Origin: Camelus dromedarius
Lineage: Eukaryota
Length of the DNA: 64,000 nucleotides
Direction of reading: 5' to 3'
Assembly: GCF_036321535.1 (NCBI RefSeq)
Contig: NC_087436.1
Coordinates: 19,966,001 to 20,030,000 of the forward strand
Under the pieces are notes generated by a model that did no database searches, was not told where the DNA came from, and saw only the letters and a program-made list of their open reading frames with translations. The translations under genes and the position numbers were made by a program. Of the stretch, positions 29,276 through 41,959 are shown in pieces. Position 1 is the first letter of the stretch; every line of letters starts with the position of its first letter.

Positions 29276-29699
29276 TTTCCCTTTATCAGGAAAGCAGAAG
29301 CCTTCTCACTGGCCAGAATTTTAGCACATGGCCACCCCAGCTGCCTCTACAGTGGGAATAAACACGGAAGAGGGGAAGTTGAGGATGACTATTGGTTTAA
29401 TTGAAAAACAGTGTCTGCCAGAGAATTTGTTTTGAAAAGAATAATCCTGTGGCTTGTTGTTGGGAAGTAGGGACATAGAATCTTTGGGGATATGGCTAAA
29501 GACCGCAAACATTTCCACTAATAAAATCATTAAATCACAGTCTTTGGGTTGAGTTAAAACACCATTCGGAAAGCAAGTAGCCTTATTTTTCACCCTGAAT
29601 TGGCCATTAGCCTTGACAAAAGCTATTTCCAGGCCTCAGTCTTTCCCCCCTATAAAGTAAGAATAATCTTTATTCCCTGCCTCATTTGGGTCCTTTCAT

Positions 29700-30480
29700 T
29701 TGGTCATTCGTTTCCTCGGCAACTGTATACTACACACCTGCTGTGTATCAGGCATGTGCAAATGCTGAGGGTTTACAAGTAAATCATGCAGAACCCCCTC
29801 CCTCAATGACTCACATTCTAATAGGGAGGGGAGGCCAGTGAACCTAGTTATTATTGAACACTGCTGCCTGTTGGACTGGCTGATGCTCTGTGTTAAAAAG
29901 GTACATAGAATATAGAAGATACGCAAACAAGAAATGTAACCGGTAAAGTGGTGCAATAGAGTGAGTATTCATGGAAGTGCTCCGAACAGAGAAGGGGGAG
30001 TGACTCGTAACCTGGGGAACTGGCGAAGGCTTTATCGAGGAGGTGCGGTCTGAGATAGGACTTGAAAATGAGCCAGAGTTTGTGTGTGGAAGAAGCGCTG
30101 GGGTGGGGAGTGATTTCTGTTGGAGGCATAGTAGGTTCAAAAGCATTGACAGCCCAGAAGCGATGAGCTAGTTCTGGAAAAGGTGAGTTGCTCACTCTGC
30201 TGAGCATTTGGGTGGTGGGAGGTGAGGTGTGGAGCTGAAGGTGAGAGGTGGTTGGAGCCAGACTGAAGGATCTCAGGAGCCTTGTGCGGGAGTCTGGCCG
30301 TGGGAGGCCGCTGGAACACAGGATGAGATATGACCTGATTTGTGCCTCAGGAAGATCATTCTGGAATCTGGGAGGAAGGGTTATTGAGATGGAGAGAGGC
30401 TGGTACCGGAGAGGCCATTTAGCAGGCTTCTGTGACAATCCCAGTGAGGAACAATGACTCAGTGAAGGCAGTGGGGTTCC
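29700..30480. mobile_element. L2 fragment
   Basis: Degenerate L2-like motifs (gaaggctttatcgaggagg...gaagatcattctgg); a similar region lies at about 61570-62200. Confidence 0.55.
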
Positions 30481-32858
30481 AGAAAGATCTCTGAGGTCTT
30501 CTTTTTTTCCCCAAAGTTATCAAAAATTAAAGAAGAGAAAAACTTGACATGAAAATATGTCAGTTTTAGCTTTCACACTGTTGTCCACACACGCACACAA
30601 ATCAAATCATGGTATCTTTAAACCTGTAGCATAGACCACAGAGGTAGCCAGGCCAGTTCACTCAGTTCCCCCAGTTCCCCATGCCGGAGACGGAGCACGG
30701 TGTCTGTGTCTATGAATAGAGCTTTAAAATGCACATCCTGGGACACGCACCACTGTCCCCACAGTGGTTTTCTTCATGTGGGGTGACAGTCCTTACTGCT
30801 AATGCAGAGAGATTCATACAAGCCTCTATGTCAGTTTTTATAAACGTTTATCAATTGGTTTACAACTTGAATTGTTCTAAATATTTTGGGGAAATTCTGA
30901 TCCTCGAAAGCTGCAGACCAAGTGTGCTGCTCACCTTTGGAATGCCTCCTGGAGAGCTGGTGGTCCAGGCTGGCCATTCTCTATGGTGATGGGGCCAGTC
31001 CTGCTCCCAAAAGGCAGACACTGGTCTTTCTAAAGACTGGCCTTGCTGAGAATCGATCACATTCAGGTATCACTCCAGAACCAGACAGACAGCTCTCAGT
31101 GACTGCTTGGATGTGTTGAAAGACACAGTGAGAGAGAGGGAGGAATCAGATAGATGCCACGGTTTCTCCTGTGGCATTTGGGTGACACCCTTCCCAGGAA
31201 ATGTGGGCAAACATGGGGTCCGCTGAGCTCCATTTCAGCTCCGTGAAAAGAGGAGCAAGCCTTTTACTTCAGTACGTGTTTGGGCAAATACCCCTCTTCG
31301 CCCTGCTGGGGTGTCAAGGTCGCGTTCTGGGGTGAGGCTCCGCTGCCCGTGGTTGCCTCACTCCGGCGTGAATGCAGACAGCCAGCGGGGAGAGGAGCCG
31401 AGCCCTGGACAGACGTGGGGGCCAGGAGCCGGGCGGTGGCTGACCGGGGCTGGATGCTCTCCTGGTGTCTCTGGCCACCTCTCCGTGGCCGTAGGGTGTT
31501 CTTTCTGCTTGGCTGCAGCACAGCCTTCGTGAGCCTAATGGTTTTCTAGGCCAGTAGAGGGAATTCAACATTTCATGATGCTTCAACTTCTCAAGTGTGT
31601 GACTCATACTTGAAAGAATTATTCAGAGACTTCTTTTCTGTTTAATTGCATTGACTTGTTTGGCACGTGACCCAGTGACCCAGTTCATTCTTGTCGTGAA
31701 TGTATCAGAAGACCCTGTATCCTCTTAATCTCTCCTCATAGTTGTTACTATCATCCTCCTTTGAAGCACTGTTTTGATTACGCACTTCAAAGGCACGACT
31801 GAAGTGCCCTCTCATCACCGTGAGGCAGAAGTGCCCACGGCTTGGACTCACAGACGGTCATCTGAGGATGGTTCTTGTCCTCGGCATCTCAGATCCCTGC
31901 ACCTCCCTTTCCTCCTTCCTTCCCCCACAGTCCCACCCCTTCCCCTTCCGAGGTCTGTGGTCACACATTCATACACTAGTAAGACCAGCTCTTCTCTCCG
32001 GGCCCAAAGAGCTTCGTTTAACAAACACAGATAAATCAATACATGTGCCTTATCAGTGTTAGGACTGCTGGCAGGTGCCTCACAGCAAATATTTTTGCAA
32101 TTTCACCATCAGTGCCTGCCCCTTCCCCCACCAAACATACATACGTCGTATTTGTTTCTTCTTTCCTGAGATTACACTATCTGGCAAATCTGAATTCAAA
32201 TGAAAATTGATCCAGTCGACTCACCCAACTGCAGGTGGAAGCCTGTACTTGTACTGGGGAAGCAGTGTCAGCCCAGTTGTGTGAAATCAAGGTCTTTGTT
32301 CTGCTGTTGTCTCTGCCCAGTGGGTCCGAGTGTTTTCCTCGGCTTGGATCGTCTGAAAAGTTCTTTCTACCATCTGATTCCCGCCACGTGGCATCCGGCT
32401 CTATCAGGCACTACCGTGCTGTGAGAACGTTCACAGCAATTTACTGAAGTAAAAGACGAGATATTAGCTCAGTGAATTATCTGTCTTGTTCTTCAGAGTG
32501 AGGCCTAAAGGCCTATCAGTGGCTCAGACAAGTGTCCTCGTAGAAGTGGCCCCTTCTCTCCTTTTGGTACTCTGTCACCTCGCCCCTTGTGTTACTGTAG
32601 AAGGAATGTTTGTATAATCCATTACAGCTCAGTGAGAAGAAAAATGGGTGAGAAAATGAAAGGTAACCCAATGGATGATGATGAGAAAATAAGAACTTTT
32701 TCAGACGGCAGGAGAAGGTATTAACATCCACTTGTTTCATTCATGGCTGCGAGTCATCCATAGATGACTTGTGGCCGTCATCATTTTCCTAAATATGATG
32801 AGACCACTGGGGAAATTCTGCTTGTGTAACTCTTACATTAAGGAGTTTTATGTGGAGC

Positions 32859-33217
32859 TGTGTCTTAGCCCGAAAAGCTGCTATAACCACAGTGTGGGTA
32901 GCTTATAAACAACAAAATATATTGCTTACAGTTCTGGATGCTGGAAACCCTAGATCAGGGTACCAGCAGGTCAGGTGAGGGCTGCCTTCTGGGACAAGAC
33001 AGCCTACTCCTTGCTGTGGCCTCACATGGCCAGGGTGGGGGGGGGGGCTAGGGAGCCCTGTGGGGCCTCTTTTTTAAGGGTTTTAATCCCATTCATGAGG
33101 GTCTACCTTCATGATCTAAACACCTCCCAGAGACCCTACCTCTAAAAACCATCACCTTGAGTGTTAGGGTTTCAACATAGGAATTTAAGGGGGGACACAA
33201 ACATTAAGGCCATGGCA
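32859..33217 (-). mobile_element. MaLR LTR (MLT1A-like)
   Basis: gcttataaacaacaaaa...cttacagttctggatgctggaaa...ggggacacaaacatt; TG...CA ends. Confidence 0.8.
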
Positions 33218-33781
33218 AGCCCCGTGCTGTTGTCATCACTGAGTCTGTGTGACGAACGTTCCTCATTAAGGATTTTTCACAACCCAGAACACAGGGCAAA
33301 ACCTTTTTTCATAAAAGGCAGTGAGAGCGTATTTCCTTTCAAGAGATCAAACCATTTCTTTTTGCATTGGAATCTGAGCTTCAGTCTTCTTGACTTACTG
33401 TCTGGTGGCCAGAGCCTACATTTCTGGAACTTTAATGTGCAGCTCAACCATCACTCCTTCAACATATATTTATGGAGAACCAGCTGTATACTGGGCACGG
33501 TGCTGAACCACGCTATCAACCTGCTGGAGAGGTGGGTCGGCTGAGCGTTAGTGAGGAAGGAGAGAAAATACTGGAGACTTGACTAAAATGGAAATCCACA
33601 ACTTTCAGGCATGGCCTTCATAGAGAAGGGAAATGAGCAGGAAGCCCAGAGGTTACTTGGTCTTGTTTGCAGTCATTGTTCAGAAGGGAGCCTTTGCTGA
33701 AGTCCTAAATGTTGACTAAACTGAAATTTGTTCACGTTCCCTTATTTATTCCTCATGATGCTTTTTGTTCTTTTGGCCCAG

Positions 33782-33919
33782 AAACAGAAAAGATAGTCCT
33801 AGAGGCAGGAAATGGGTTGCCATCCTGGAAATTCAACGACCAGCTTTTTCCCTGTGACGTATGTGGGAAAGTGTTCGGCCGACAGCAGACGTTGTCCCGG
33901 CATCTCTCCCTGCACACAG
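33782..33919 (+). CDS. ZNF827: ZNF827 internal coding exon: (E)TEKIVLEAGNGLPSWKFNDQLFPCDVCGKVFGRQQTLSRHLSLHT, one C2H2 finger
   Basis: Pyrimidine tract plus CAG acceptor ending 33781; G|GTGAGT donor at 33920; 138 nt, phase 1-1; peptide recognised as ZNF827. Confidence 0.93.
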
Positions 33920-34544
33920 GTGAGTCAGGGCCTCACTGCCAGGCCTTCCCCCTCTCCATCGCCAGCCTCTCCACTACCAGCAAGCTGAGTTTCTCTAAGA
34001 GAATGATAACAGGAAGTGGTAGAAATGTTTTTCTCCTGATCTATTTAAGCCATTTTCCCTGGCATGTTCAAATAAGGCTCTGGAAGGGGTCTTTTATTGT
34101 TATTGAAAGGACCCATTGAGTTCGAGTAGGACTGATGGGAAAAGATACACATTTGGGTACATTCCAGTAAAATTCCGCAACTCCAAGGAGTTTATTGCTC
34201 TCATCTTGTGGGCGTCGGGGGTGGGGCTGCACCCCATCTTATTGGATTCATTTTTTTGTGGTAGGGGGAGCAGAGAGGGGAAGAGCACCTTGGTGGAGAA
34301 ACAGTCACTGTCTTTATGTTCGTGTAACAGTAGAGCCACGTGGTTGGTTCTGTGTTGGGGAAGGGAAGACAGCCAAGTTAAGAAGGAGCCAAGGAAGGAT
34401 AAATAGGAACTTAATCAATGCAGCAAGGATAAGCAAGAACAAAAAGAAGTTAGGTCAAATCAGTAGTAACCAAAAAGCAAGATGGAAATAAGGAAGTGTT
34501 TCAGTTTTTACACAACAGACTTGTTAAAAATTCAAATGTGTCTC

Positions 34545-35002
34545 AGCCATCTGCAGCAACAGGGATGGACGTAGACATGATCGTACCCAGTGAAGGAAGT
34601 CAGACGGGGAAAGATGAGTATCGTACGATATCGCTTATAGGTGGAATCTAAAAAAAAATGAAACACGTGAACTTATTTATAAACCAGAAACAGACTCACA
34701 GACATAGAAAACAAACTATGGTGCCCAAAGCGCAAAGGGTAGGGAGGAATAAATTAGGATTTGGGGATTAATACATATACTCTACTATATGAAAAATAAA
34801 GAGCAACTGCCCACTGTGCAGCACAGGAACTATATTCAGTATCTTCTAATAACCTATCATGGAAAAGAATCTGAAATATATATACACACACACACACATC
34901 CTTCTTCATATTCTTATCCATATGTGTATGTATAACTGAACCACTTTGCTGTGTACCTGAAACTAACACATTGCAAACCAAGTATGTTTCCATTTAAAAA
35001 AA
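34545..35002 (+). mobile_element. L1 3' end fragment
   Basis: tgcagcaacagggatggac...aaaccagaaacagactcacagacatagaaaacaaact...gtacctgaaactaacaca. Confidence 0.88.
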
Positions 35003-35489
35003 TTTTTTGAGAAAATGAATTCAAATATGTCTTACTTACAGGAAACACAAAACAAAATGATAAAGAAAAAAAGGGTTTGTATGTCACACAAAATAACGAA
35101 GAAGGCTCAACAGGCAATATTCATAGAACAAGATTAATTTTCTCTTTTTATGTATATACATATTTTAATACTTTAATCTTAAATATTAAACCACTAAAGA
35201 CAGAATTTAGTCACATACTTAGCCACAAAGGAAACTTTCACATGTTCAATAAAGTTGAAGCTCCTTAGGCCACATTCTCTAAGTGTAGTTAAATGAAATT
35301 TAAAATAACCAAAGATCTAATTGGAACAAGTTGAAGCTATGTTGATATTTGCAAGTGAGGGAGGCATTTGTTAATGAGATTTTTTTTCCCCCTTGGAAAT
35401 TTTCAAGGGAAAATAATATGACATACAGAGAAAGGGAGCTGTACTGAAAATTAAAGGTGTGGATAAATAATTTTTTAATATGATATCTG

Positions 35490-35496
<7 letters not shown>

Positions 35497-35529
<33 letters not shown>
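35497..35529. repeat. (TA)n microsatellite
   Basis: Direct reading. Confidence 0.95.
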
Positions 35530-35538
<9 letters not shown>

Positions 35539-37477
35539 ACATACATATTTTATTTGTTATATTAAGTGCATTTCTGCTTATTAAAGCTTTCATGTAATAC
35601 CAATATACCAAGTCAGTGTGCAAAATGACATAGTGGGGAGGCACTGCCAGCTGTAAGAAAATCAACACATCAGTTCTGCAAAATATGTTAAACATCAAAA
35701 AAATTGCAGTCTACATAATAATCAGGAACACAAGAATGGTAAGCCATAACATACGATAAATTTAATAATAAAATGTTCTTAATGAAATGCAGAGTAATAA
35801 TAATAAAATAAAATAACCGAGGGTCCATAAAATGTCCTATCTAATTGGATCAAAGAAAAGGAAGAAAATCAAATCGCAAATTGCAGACCTCCAGGAGGAG
35901 TGAAAGGAGAACACTTCGCACCTCACCCTGGAGTAGGCAGTCACAGCTCTGTGCAAGGAGCATTTACAGACATGAACGTTATAATTAGAAGAGAAGAAAG
36001 AAAAATAAAGGAACTTACCACCCATCTTAAAGAATTCGTAAGAGAACAAAATCTAGGAAGAAGAATATAAAATGGATAAATCCTGTTAAGTCCAAGAAGG
36101 AAAAAGGAGGCCAAAACATTCAAAGTTAGCAATGAAAAAGGAAGCCTAATTCTCAATACAGATGCCATTAAAGAACTGTTGGAGAATAGAGCAACTCTAT
36201 GCCAAAAAAATAAAAAATAAAAGCTGTAAACTTATTTTATTTTATTGTATTGTATTGTATTGTATTTATTTTTTAATTGAAGTACAGTCAATTACAATGT
36301 GTCAGTTTCTGGTGTACAGCACAGTGTCCCAGTCATGCATATACATACATATATTTGTTTTCATATATTTTGAAAGCTTTAGATGACATAGATATAACGA
36401 ATATAAATATATATTTAAAGATATAAAGATATAAAGAATAATTTCCAAAATTGGCCCAAGATGGAGGGGGGGGACTTAAGCAGATCAGTTACCAAAGGGT
36501 GACTTGGAAAGATGATGAAAGAAATACTACAAAAAAAGGCATCAGGTCCAGAAATTGTCTCAGGTTAGTTCTTTTAAAAAAGCCTTTTGAGACTAGAAAA
36601 TTCTGATATTATTAAACTTTTCCAAATGACAGAAAAAGCTAGGAATCTCTACGATTCACTTTGTAAAGAAATCGTAACCTTAATACCAAACTTAACAACC
36701 TCATTTATTAGTACAAGTGCAGAAATTCTAAAGAAAGGGCTCTAGTCTATCTGCACGATAGGGGATCCTCCCAGCCCTGCTGAGCCCAGGGCCACCGTCA
36801 CATCAGATGTTGGGGAACACCTGTTATAATAACAATGCCTTACATTTTGCTGCAGAAAATTTTTTTCTGCACTCTTCCCTGTGAAGGAGATAAGACAGGT
36901 ATTTTCTTTAAGGCAAGCCCAGTATTACAGAGTAAGAACTAAGGACAGAAACAGAAATTGTTCTTTCCTTGCTCTGTTATCATCTGTTACCTTTATCTGG
37001 ACCTGAGAGCAAAGCCTGCTCCTTTTACTTTACTTTGCTTGATGAGTCAAATGAATTCAGAATGCCACTCTGGAAGCAGTCCTGAAACATTGTCAATTTT
37101 ACAAAAAAAAGGGGGGGGGGCTTCTATTAAGAAATCAATTGAAACTTTGTGTTTTATTTCTGTAGCATGAACATTTCCAGTTAAATCTTTTCATCCAAGT
37201 CCTTTTTTCCCCCTTAGTTTCATTCTTTTTTGTTTCCTGGCCAACCCAGACTGGAGCTTAGGGAAAATGATGAGATTTCTCTTAAACACACCAGTCCTGC
37301 GAATGCTGTGTCACAACCCTTCCCCCCCACCTCAGCACCCACCCTGGACCGACACATGGCAGGAGGAGGGCAGGCACACACGATATTCTTTTAGCCCCTG
37401 TGGGGCTCACCTTACCAGGGAGAGGGACCTGTAGGTATCCAGGAAAAGGCAGATGGTCCAGTTGCCCTGGGACTTTC

Positions 37478-37610
37478 TTTTTTTTTTTTTTTTTTTTTTT
37501 GGTGGGAAGGTAATGAAGATTATTCATTTATTTATTTTTATTGGATTGAACCCAGGACCTTGTGCATGCTAGGCATGCACTCTACCACTGAGCTAGGCAT
37601 GACCTGCCCG
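37478..37610 (-). mobile_element. tRNA-derived SINE (camelid-type), about 160 nt upstream of a coding exon
   Basis: ggattgaacccaggaccttgtgcatgctaggcatgcactctaccactgagcta preceded by poly-T. Confidence 0.88.
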
Positions 37611-37773
37611 GTAGAGACTTTTCGAATGTTTACAACTCCAAGGTGTTCCCTTTGTCCCCATTTGAAACGAGATTTCGAACTCTCTCCTTGATACCTTGAA
37701 GTGGTCTTTTGCAAGGTGTTGAGATTCCATTTCTGAGCATGGTTTGGGTTTTTTCCTGTTCCTTCTCCCTCAG

Positions 37774-37945
37774 AGGAAAGAAAATACAAATGCCACTTGT
37801 GCCCCTATGCTGCTAAGTGCCGTGCAAACCTGAACCAGCACCTGACCGTCCACTCGGTGAAGCTGGTGAGTACGGACACCGAGGACATCGTGAGCGCCGT
37901 CACCTCTGAAGGCAGTGATGGGAAGAAACACCCTTATTATTACAG
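37774..37945 (+). CDS. ZNF827: ZNF827 coding exon: EERKYKCHLCPYAAKCRANLNQHLTVHSVKLVSTDTEDIVSAVTSEGSDGKKHPYYY(S)
   Basis: ttccttctccctcag acceptor; AG|GTGAGC donor; 172 nt, phase 1-2; continues the frame of the previous exon; C2H2 finger. Confidence 0.93.
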
Positions 37946-39023
37946 GTGAGCCGCCAGTGGAGCCCGCTAACCGGGGCTGCCCAGACCTTCCTGAACACTC
38001 CCTGCCCCTCTGCTGGGGCACACATGTCAAGGCATCTCTTCTCTGACACAGTGCTGACCTTCCTTTTCATATTTGCTTTGCTTGGATTGAACCCTGTGTT
38101 GCACTGACTCCTCTCCCGGCTGAGTGGCCCTGAGAGAGTTAAGTAAAAGGGAGATGGTCTGCAGGGCGGAGCCCCGGAGAGTGGCAGGGCTGCTCCCGGG
38201 TGATTAGCTGTGAGGTCTGTGCGGCTGGGAAGCTCCCAGCTTCCTAACTGAGCACCTCGCTGCTTCCTGAGAATTATCCGAAGGAAAAATCAACCTGAGA
38301 ACTCTGAGAAAATAGCCCTGGAAGTATTGCCTGCTTTCCCTTGGCTGTGTTATCCTTCAGTACCTGGAATTTTGCGTTTCTCTTCCATAGTCAACCATGA
38401 ATCTATATTTGGTTTGGTTGCTGTAAAATCCCAAGTTTCAGACTTGCTGTTGAATCTTGCCTGAGTGACGGGCTATCCAGATGGGAGGAAACTTGCTAGC
38501 TGTGTTTGCATGGAATGTCTCCAAGGAGGGCAACTTCTATCCAGGACAGTCACAGACAGGGCTTGCTCCTGCTCAGAGTGCCACCTGGATGTGCGTCCAT
38601 TCCTGCATGGAAGGTTTCCAGAGCCAGAGAGGGGCTCACCAGGTGTGCGGGTTACTCAAGTTTATCAGTGCACCAGCACCACTAATACCTTGGCAAGGCT
38701 GCCCCGCATCTCTTTGCCCAAAGGAATCAGTTAGGTGTTTTGCAGCATCTGGAATCTGTAATTTTTCATTAGATTTATGACTATTAGCATCATTAGAGCA
38801 TGTATGGGATTGTTACATTATGCTCCAACTTAGTCCGTTTGGCACGGTGACCACATCAGAGGCGTCCCAGAAAGCGGAAGAATTTCCTAACGCAAAGCCT
38901 TTTGGTGGGAGGAAAACCTGGGTCAAGGCCTGGATTTCAGAGTGTCCCGAGTCCAACTGGATAGCTTCTGTTAGGAAGATCACTCTTCTCTCTCTGCTTC
39001 TCTTCATTCCCCCTCTGGTACAG

Positions 39024-39190
39024 CTGTCACGTGTGTGGATTTGAGACCGAGCTCAATGTCCAGTTTGTCAGTCACATGTCGCTCCACGTGGACAAGGAGC
39101 AGTGGATGTTCTCCATCTGCTGCACGGCCTGCGACTTCGTCACCATGGAGGAAGCAGAGATAAAGGCTCACATCGGCACCAAGCACACAG
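39024..39190 (+). CDS. ZNF827: ZNF827 coding exon: (S)CHVCGFETELNVQFVSHMSLHVDKEQWMFSICCTACDFVTMEEAEIKAHIGTKHT
   Basis: ctctggtacag acceptor; CAG|GTGACC donor; 167 nt, phase 2-1; two C2H2-type fingers. Confidence 0.93.
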
Positions 39191-40881
39191 GTGACCCTCC
39201 CTGTCTGTCCTTCGCACCAGTCTCTCTTCCAACCCCAGTTGCCCTCCCCACCCCACCCCCCATTCCCTGGCAGGGGCATCCTCTTCACCAGGCGACACTG
39301 ACATTTCCTTCCAGAAGGAGGGGCTTTCTCGGGGTGGCAGGGCCACTTCCCCCATTATCTGGCCCGGCTTGTGCCACGCTGATCTGACAGCCGCACAAGC
39401 AGTTGAAGGGTGCGGGCTGTTGGCTTGTTCCTCATCCTGATCATCATCATTGTAGCCAGCAGTCATCCAGCTTTTACGATGCCCCAGGCTTGCGCCTTTG
39501 CGCTCTGGATCTCATTTAAGCTTAAAACAACCCTCTGCAGTCAATACCACTGTCGGCATACTAGCCAGGTGGAGAAACCGAGGCTTCAGGTGTCCACCAG
39601 GATGTGACTCCAGAAACTCAGACCAGCACAGTTTCATGCTGGAGCCCACTCTCCGTATCACTGCTGTCCTGGCAGCCCCGTGCAGCCCTTGGCAGAGTTC
39701 TACGCCTTTCTGTTTTATGGTGCCAGGGTACCGCAAACATCATTCTGCGGGCTGTGCTCCTCTTCCCTTGAACTGCAGCCTGGACACCCTCCAGAATGAT
39801 GCCCTGGCAGTTCTGTCCAGAGATAAAGAAAACCGGCTTCTCCCGAAACAACCCAATGTCTCTCTTGGCTGCAGCCAAGACTTTGCCATGGCTGTCCTTT
39901 CCTGTAAGGCTCTTGCCATGCTGGTTAACTTCTTCCATTTAATGATGTTAACATTTTGACTTCACCGTGCAATTGTCCTCTCCCAAGTGATGGTTACAAA
40001 TGACACCAGCACGGAGTCATTAAATTAGGAGGAGGAGGAGCTCCCGCTGTATTTCCCAGGGCTTCCAAGTTACATTGCTGACCACCAGCCCCAGGCGTTG
40101 GGTCAGCCCCCCGCATCCTCAGCACTTGAAGGATTCAGGAAGGGGAATCTCCCTGACGATGTGCACGGCCGTGAAGTCTCTGTGCTTTCCTGGCCGCTTT
40201 GGCTCCGTGGTGCCAACAGCAATAAAGGCTTGTTTTTGTCAGTAAGTTGAGCAGCTATGACTCGGAGGTCTGCAGAGAGCCGTTAGGCTGAGTGAGAAGG
40301 TGCCGTTTTTACAGTCAGTTGTCTGACCGTAACCACATTAGCACCGTGGGCAGCAGGTGAGCTGGGAAACTCACATCGAAGACAAATTAAATTTAGCATT
40401 TCTGGAGCGGCCAGTGGAGGGAAAGGCCAGCCTCTGTTCCATTTCCACTGGCTTTTCAGGTATTCTTTTTTCTCTCTCTTTTCTATTACACGTCCTTTCT
40501 TCTCGCCCTCCCCACCCCAAAGCATGCCCAAACCCAGCCGAGAACCTTCCCTTCCCCCTCCCCCCTCCGCAGCCCCCTCCACCACCACCTCCAGGAAACC
40601 ATAGAAACCATAATGGCTGGAAGGAAGTTGGACTTAGAATCACTTGACTGTCATCACTGGAAACTTCACATTCACAAGTAACCGATGCAAACATACTTCT
40701 CAGTTGCCACGGGGAACACAGCGACGATCTGCTCTCTCTGAGGTGGTGGCGCTCCTGGTGTAGCGGTGTGTTAGCACAGAGAGCGAGAGTGAGATGCACT
40801 GAAGGACTGTCTTTTCTAACACAGTAGAAGCCTTAGATGCTGCAGCTATTAGGGAATAAGGTTATATCCTATTTTATAAGC

Positions 40882-41104
40882 CAGGGGTGCTAGCAAGGGT
40901 TTTTCTTTTAAGGGCCAGATAGTAGCTATCTTAGACTTTCAGGCTGTGCAGTTTCTGTCCCTGCTGTTCAGCTCTGCCGTTGGAATTGGAATGGAGCCCT
41001 GGACAGGATGCAAATGAATGGGTGTGGCAGCATTCCGTGGGAGCTTTATTTACGAAGGCACAGAGGCTAGATTTGGCCCGAGGGTTCTAGTTGGCTGACC
41101 CCCG
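40882..41104. mobile_element. MER58A-like hAT DNA transposon
   Basis: caggggt...acccccg termini; perfect 8-bp TSD ttataagc (40874-40881, 41105-41112). Confidence 0.85.
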
Positions 41105-41459
41105 TTATAAGCTAGAAGGTCTCACAGTGAGGGTTTCTTGTCTTTCGCTGCCGCTTTGAGGTGGTTTTGACCCAAAATATATACATCCAAATTGTAATTA
41201 ATAAGCTGTGCAATTGCAAAGTTATGATATAAAAGCACTATGTACGCTATGTAATACAGACAATGTATATTCCTAAGAATAAGGAGCTTATCCAAGGCAC
41301 GGCTGCGTCTCCAGCACCTGGACCCGTGGCTGCTTGGTGTGGGTGGAGAGAAACCTTCACCCAGTGAATGAATGGATGTGTGCAAATGCATCCACACACA
41401 CGTGTGCATGCAAGTAAGAAAATTACTCAGCCATGGCCCTTGCCTAACCTTAGTACGTA

Positions 41460-41959
41460 CAGGCATACCTTGTTTTATTGCATTTTGCCTTGTTTCTCTT
41501 CGCAGATTTTTTTTTTAAGCAAATTGTGAAGATTTCTGGCAACCCTGCATCAGGCTAGTCTGTTAGCACCATTTTTCAACGTTTGCCGACTTTATGTCTC
41601 TGTGTCATATTTTGGTAATTCTTGTGATATTTTAAACTTTTTGTTATCATTATATTTGTTATGTGGTCTGTGGTCAGTGATCATTGATATTGCTGTTGCA
41701 AAGAGATTGTGCCTCACTGAAAAAGGCTCAGATGACAGCATTTTTTAGCAATAAAGTGCCTTTTAATTAAGGTATGTACATTGTTTTTTTAGACATAATT
41801 CTGTTGCCCACTTAAGAGACTACAGTGTAGTGTAAACATAACTTTTATACACACCAGGACACCAAACAACTCATGTGTAAATTCATGTGACTTTATTGCG
41901 ATATTTGCTTTCTTGCTGTGGTCTGGAACCAACCCTGCAGTGTCTCTGAGGTTGGCCTG
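41460..41959 (-). mobile_element. Internally deleted Tigger1-type DNA transposon
   Basis: CAGGCATACCT...GGTTGGCCTG termini; reverse-complement similarity to 388-680. Confidence 0.85.
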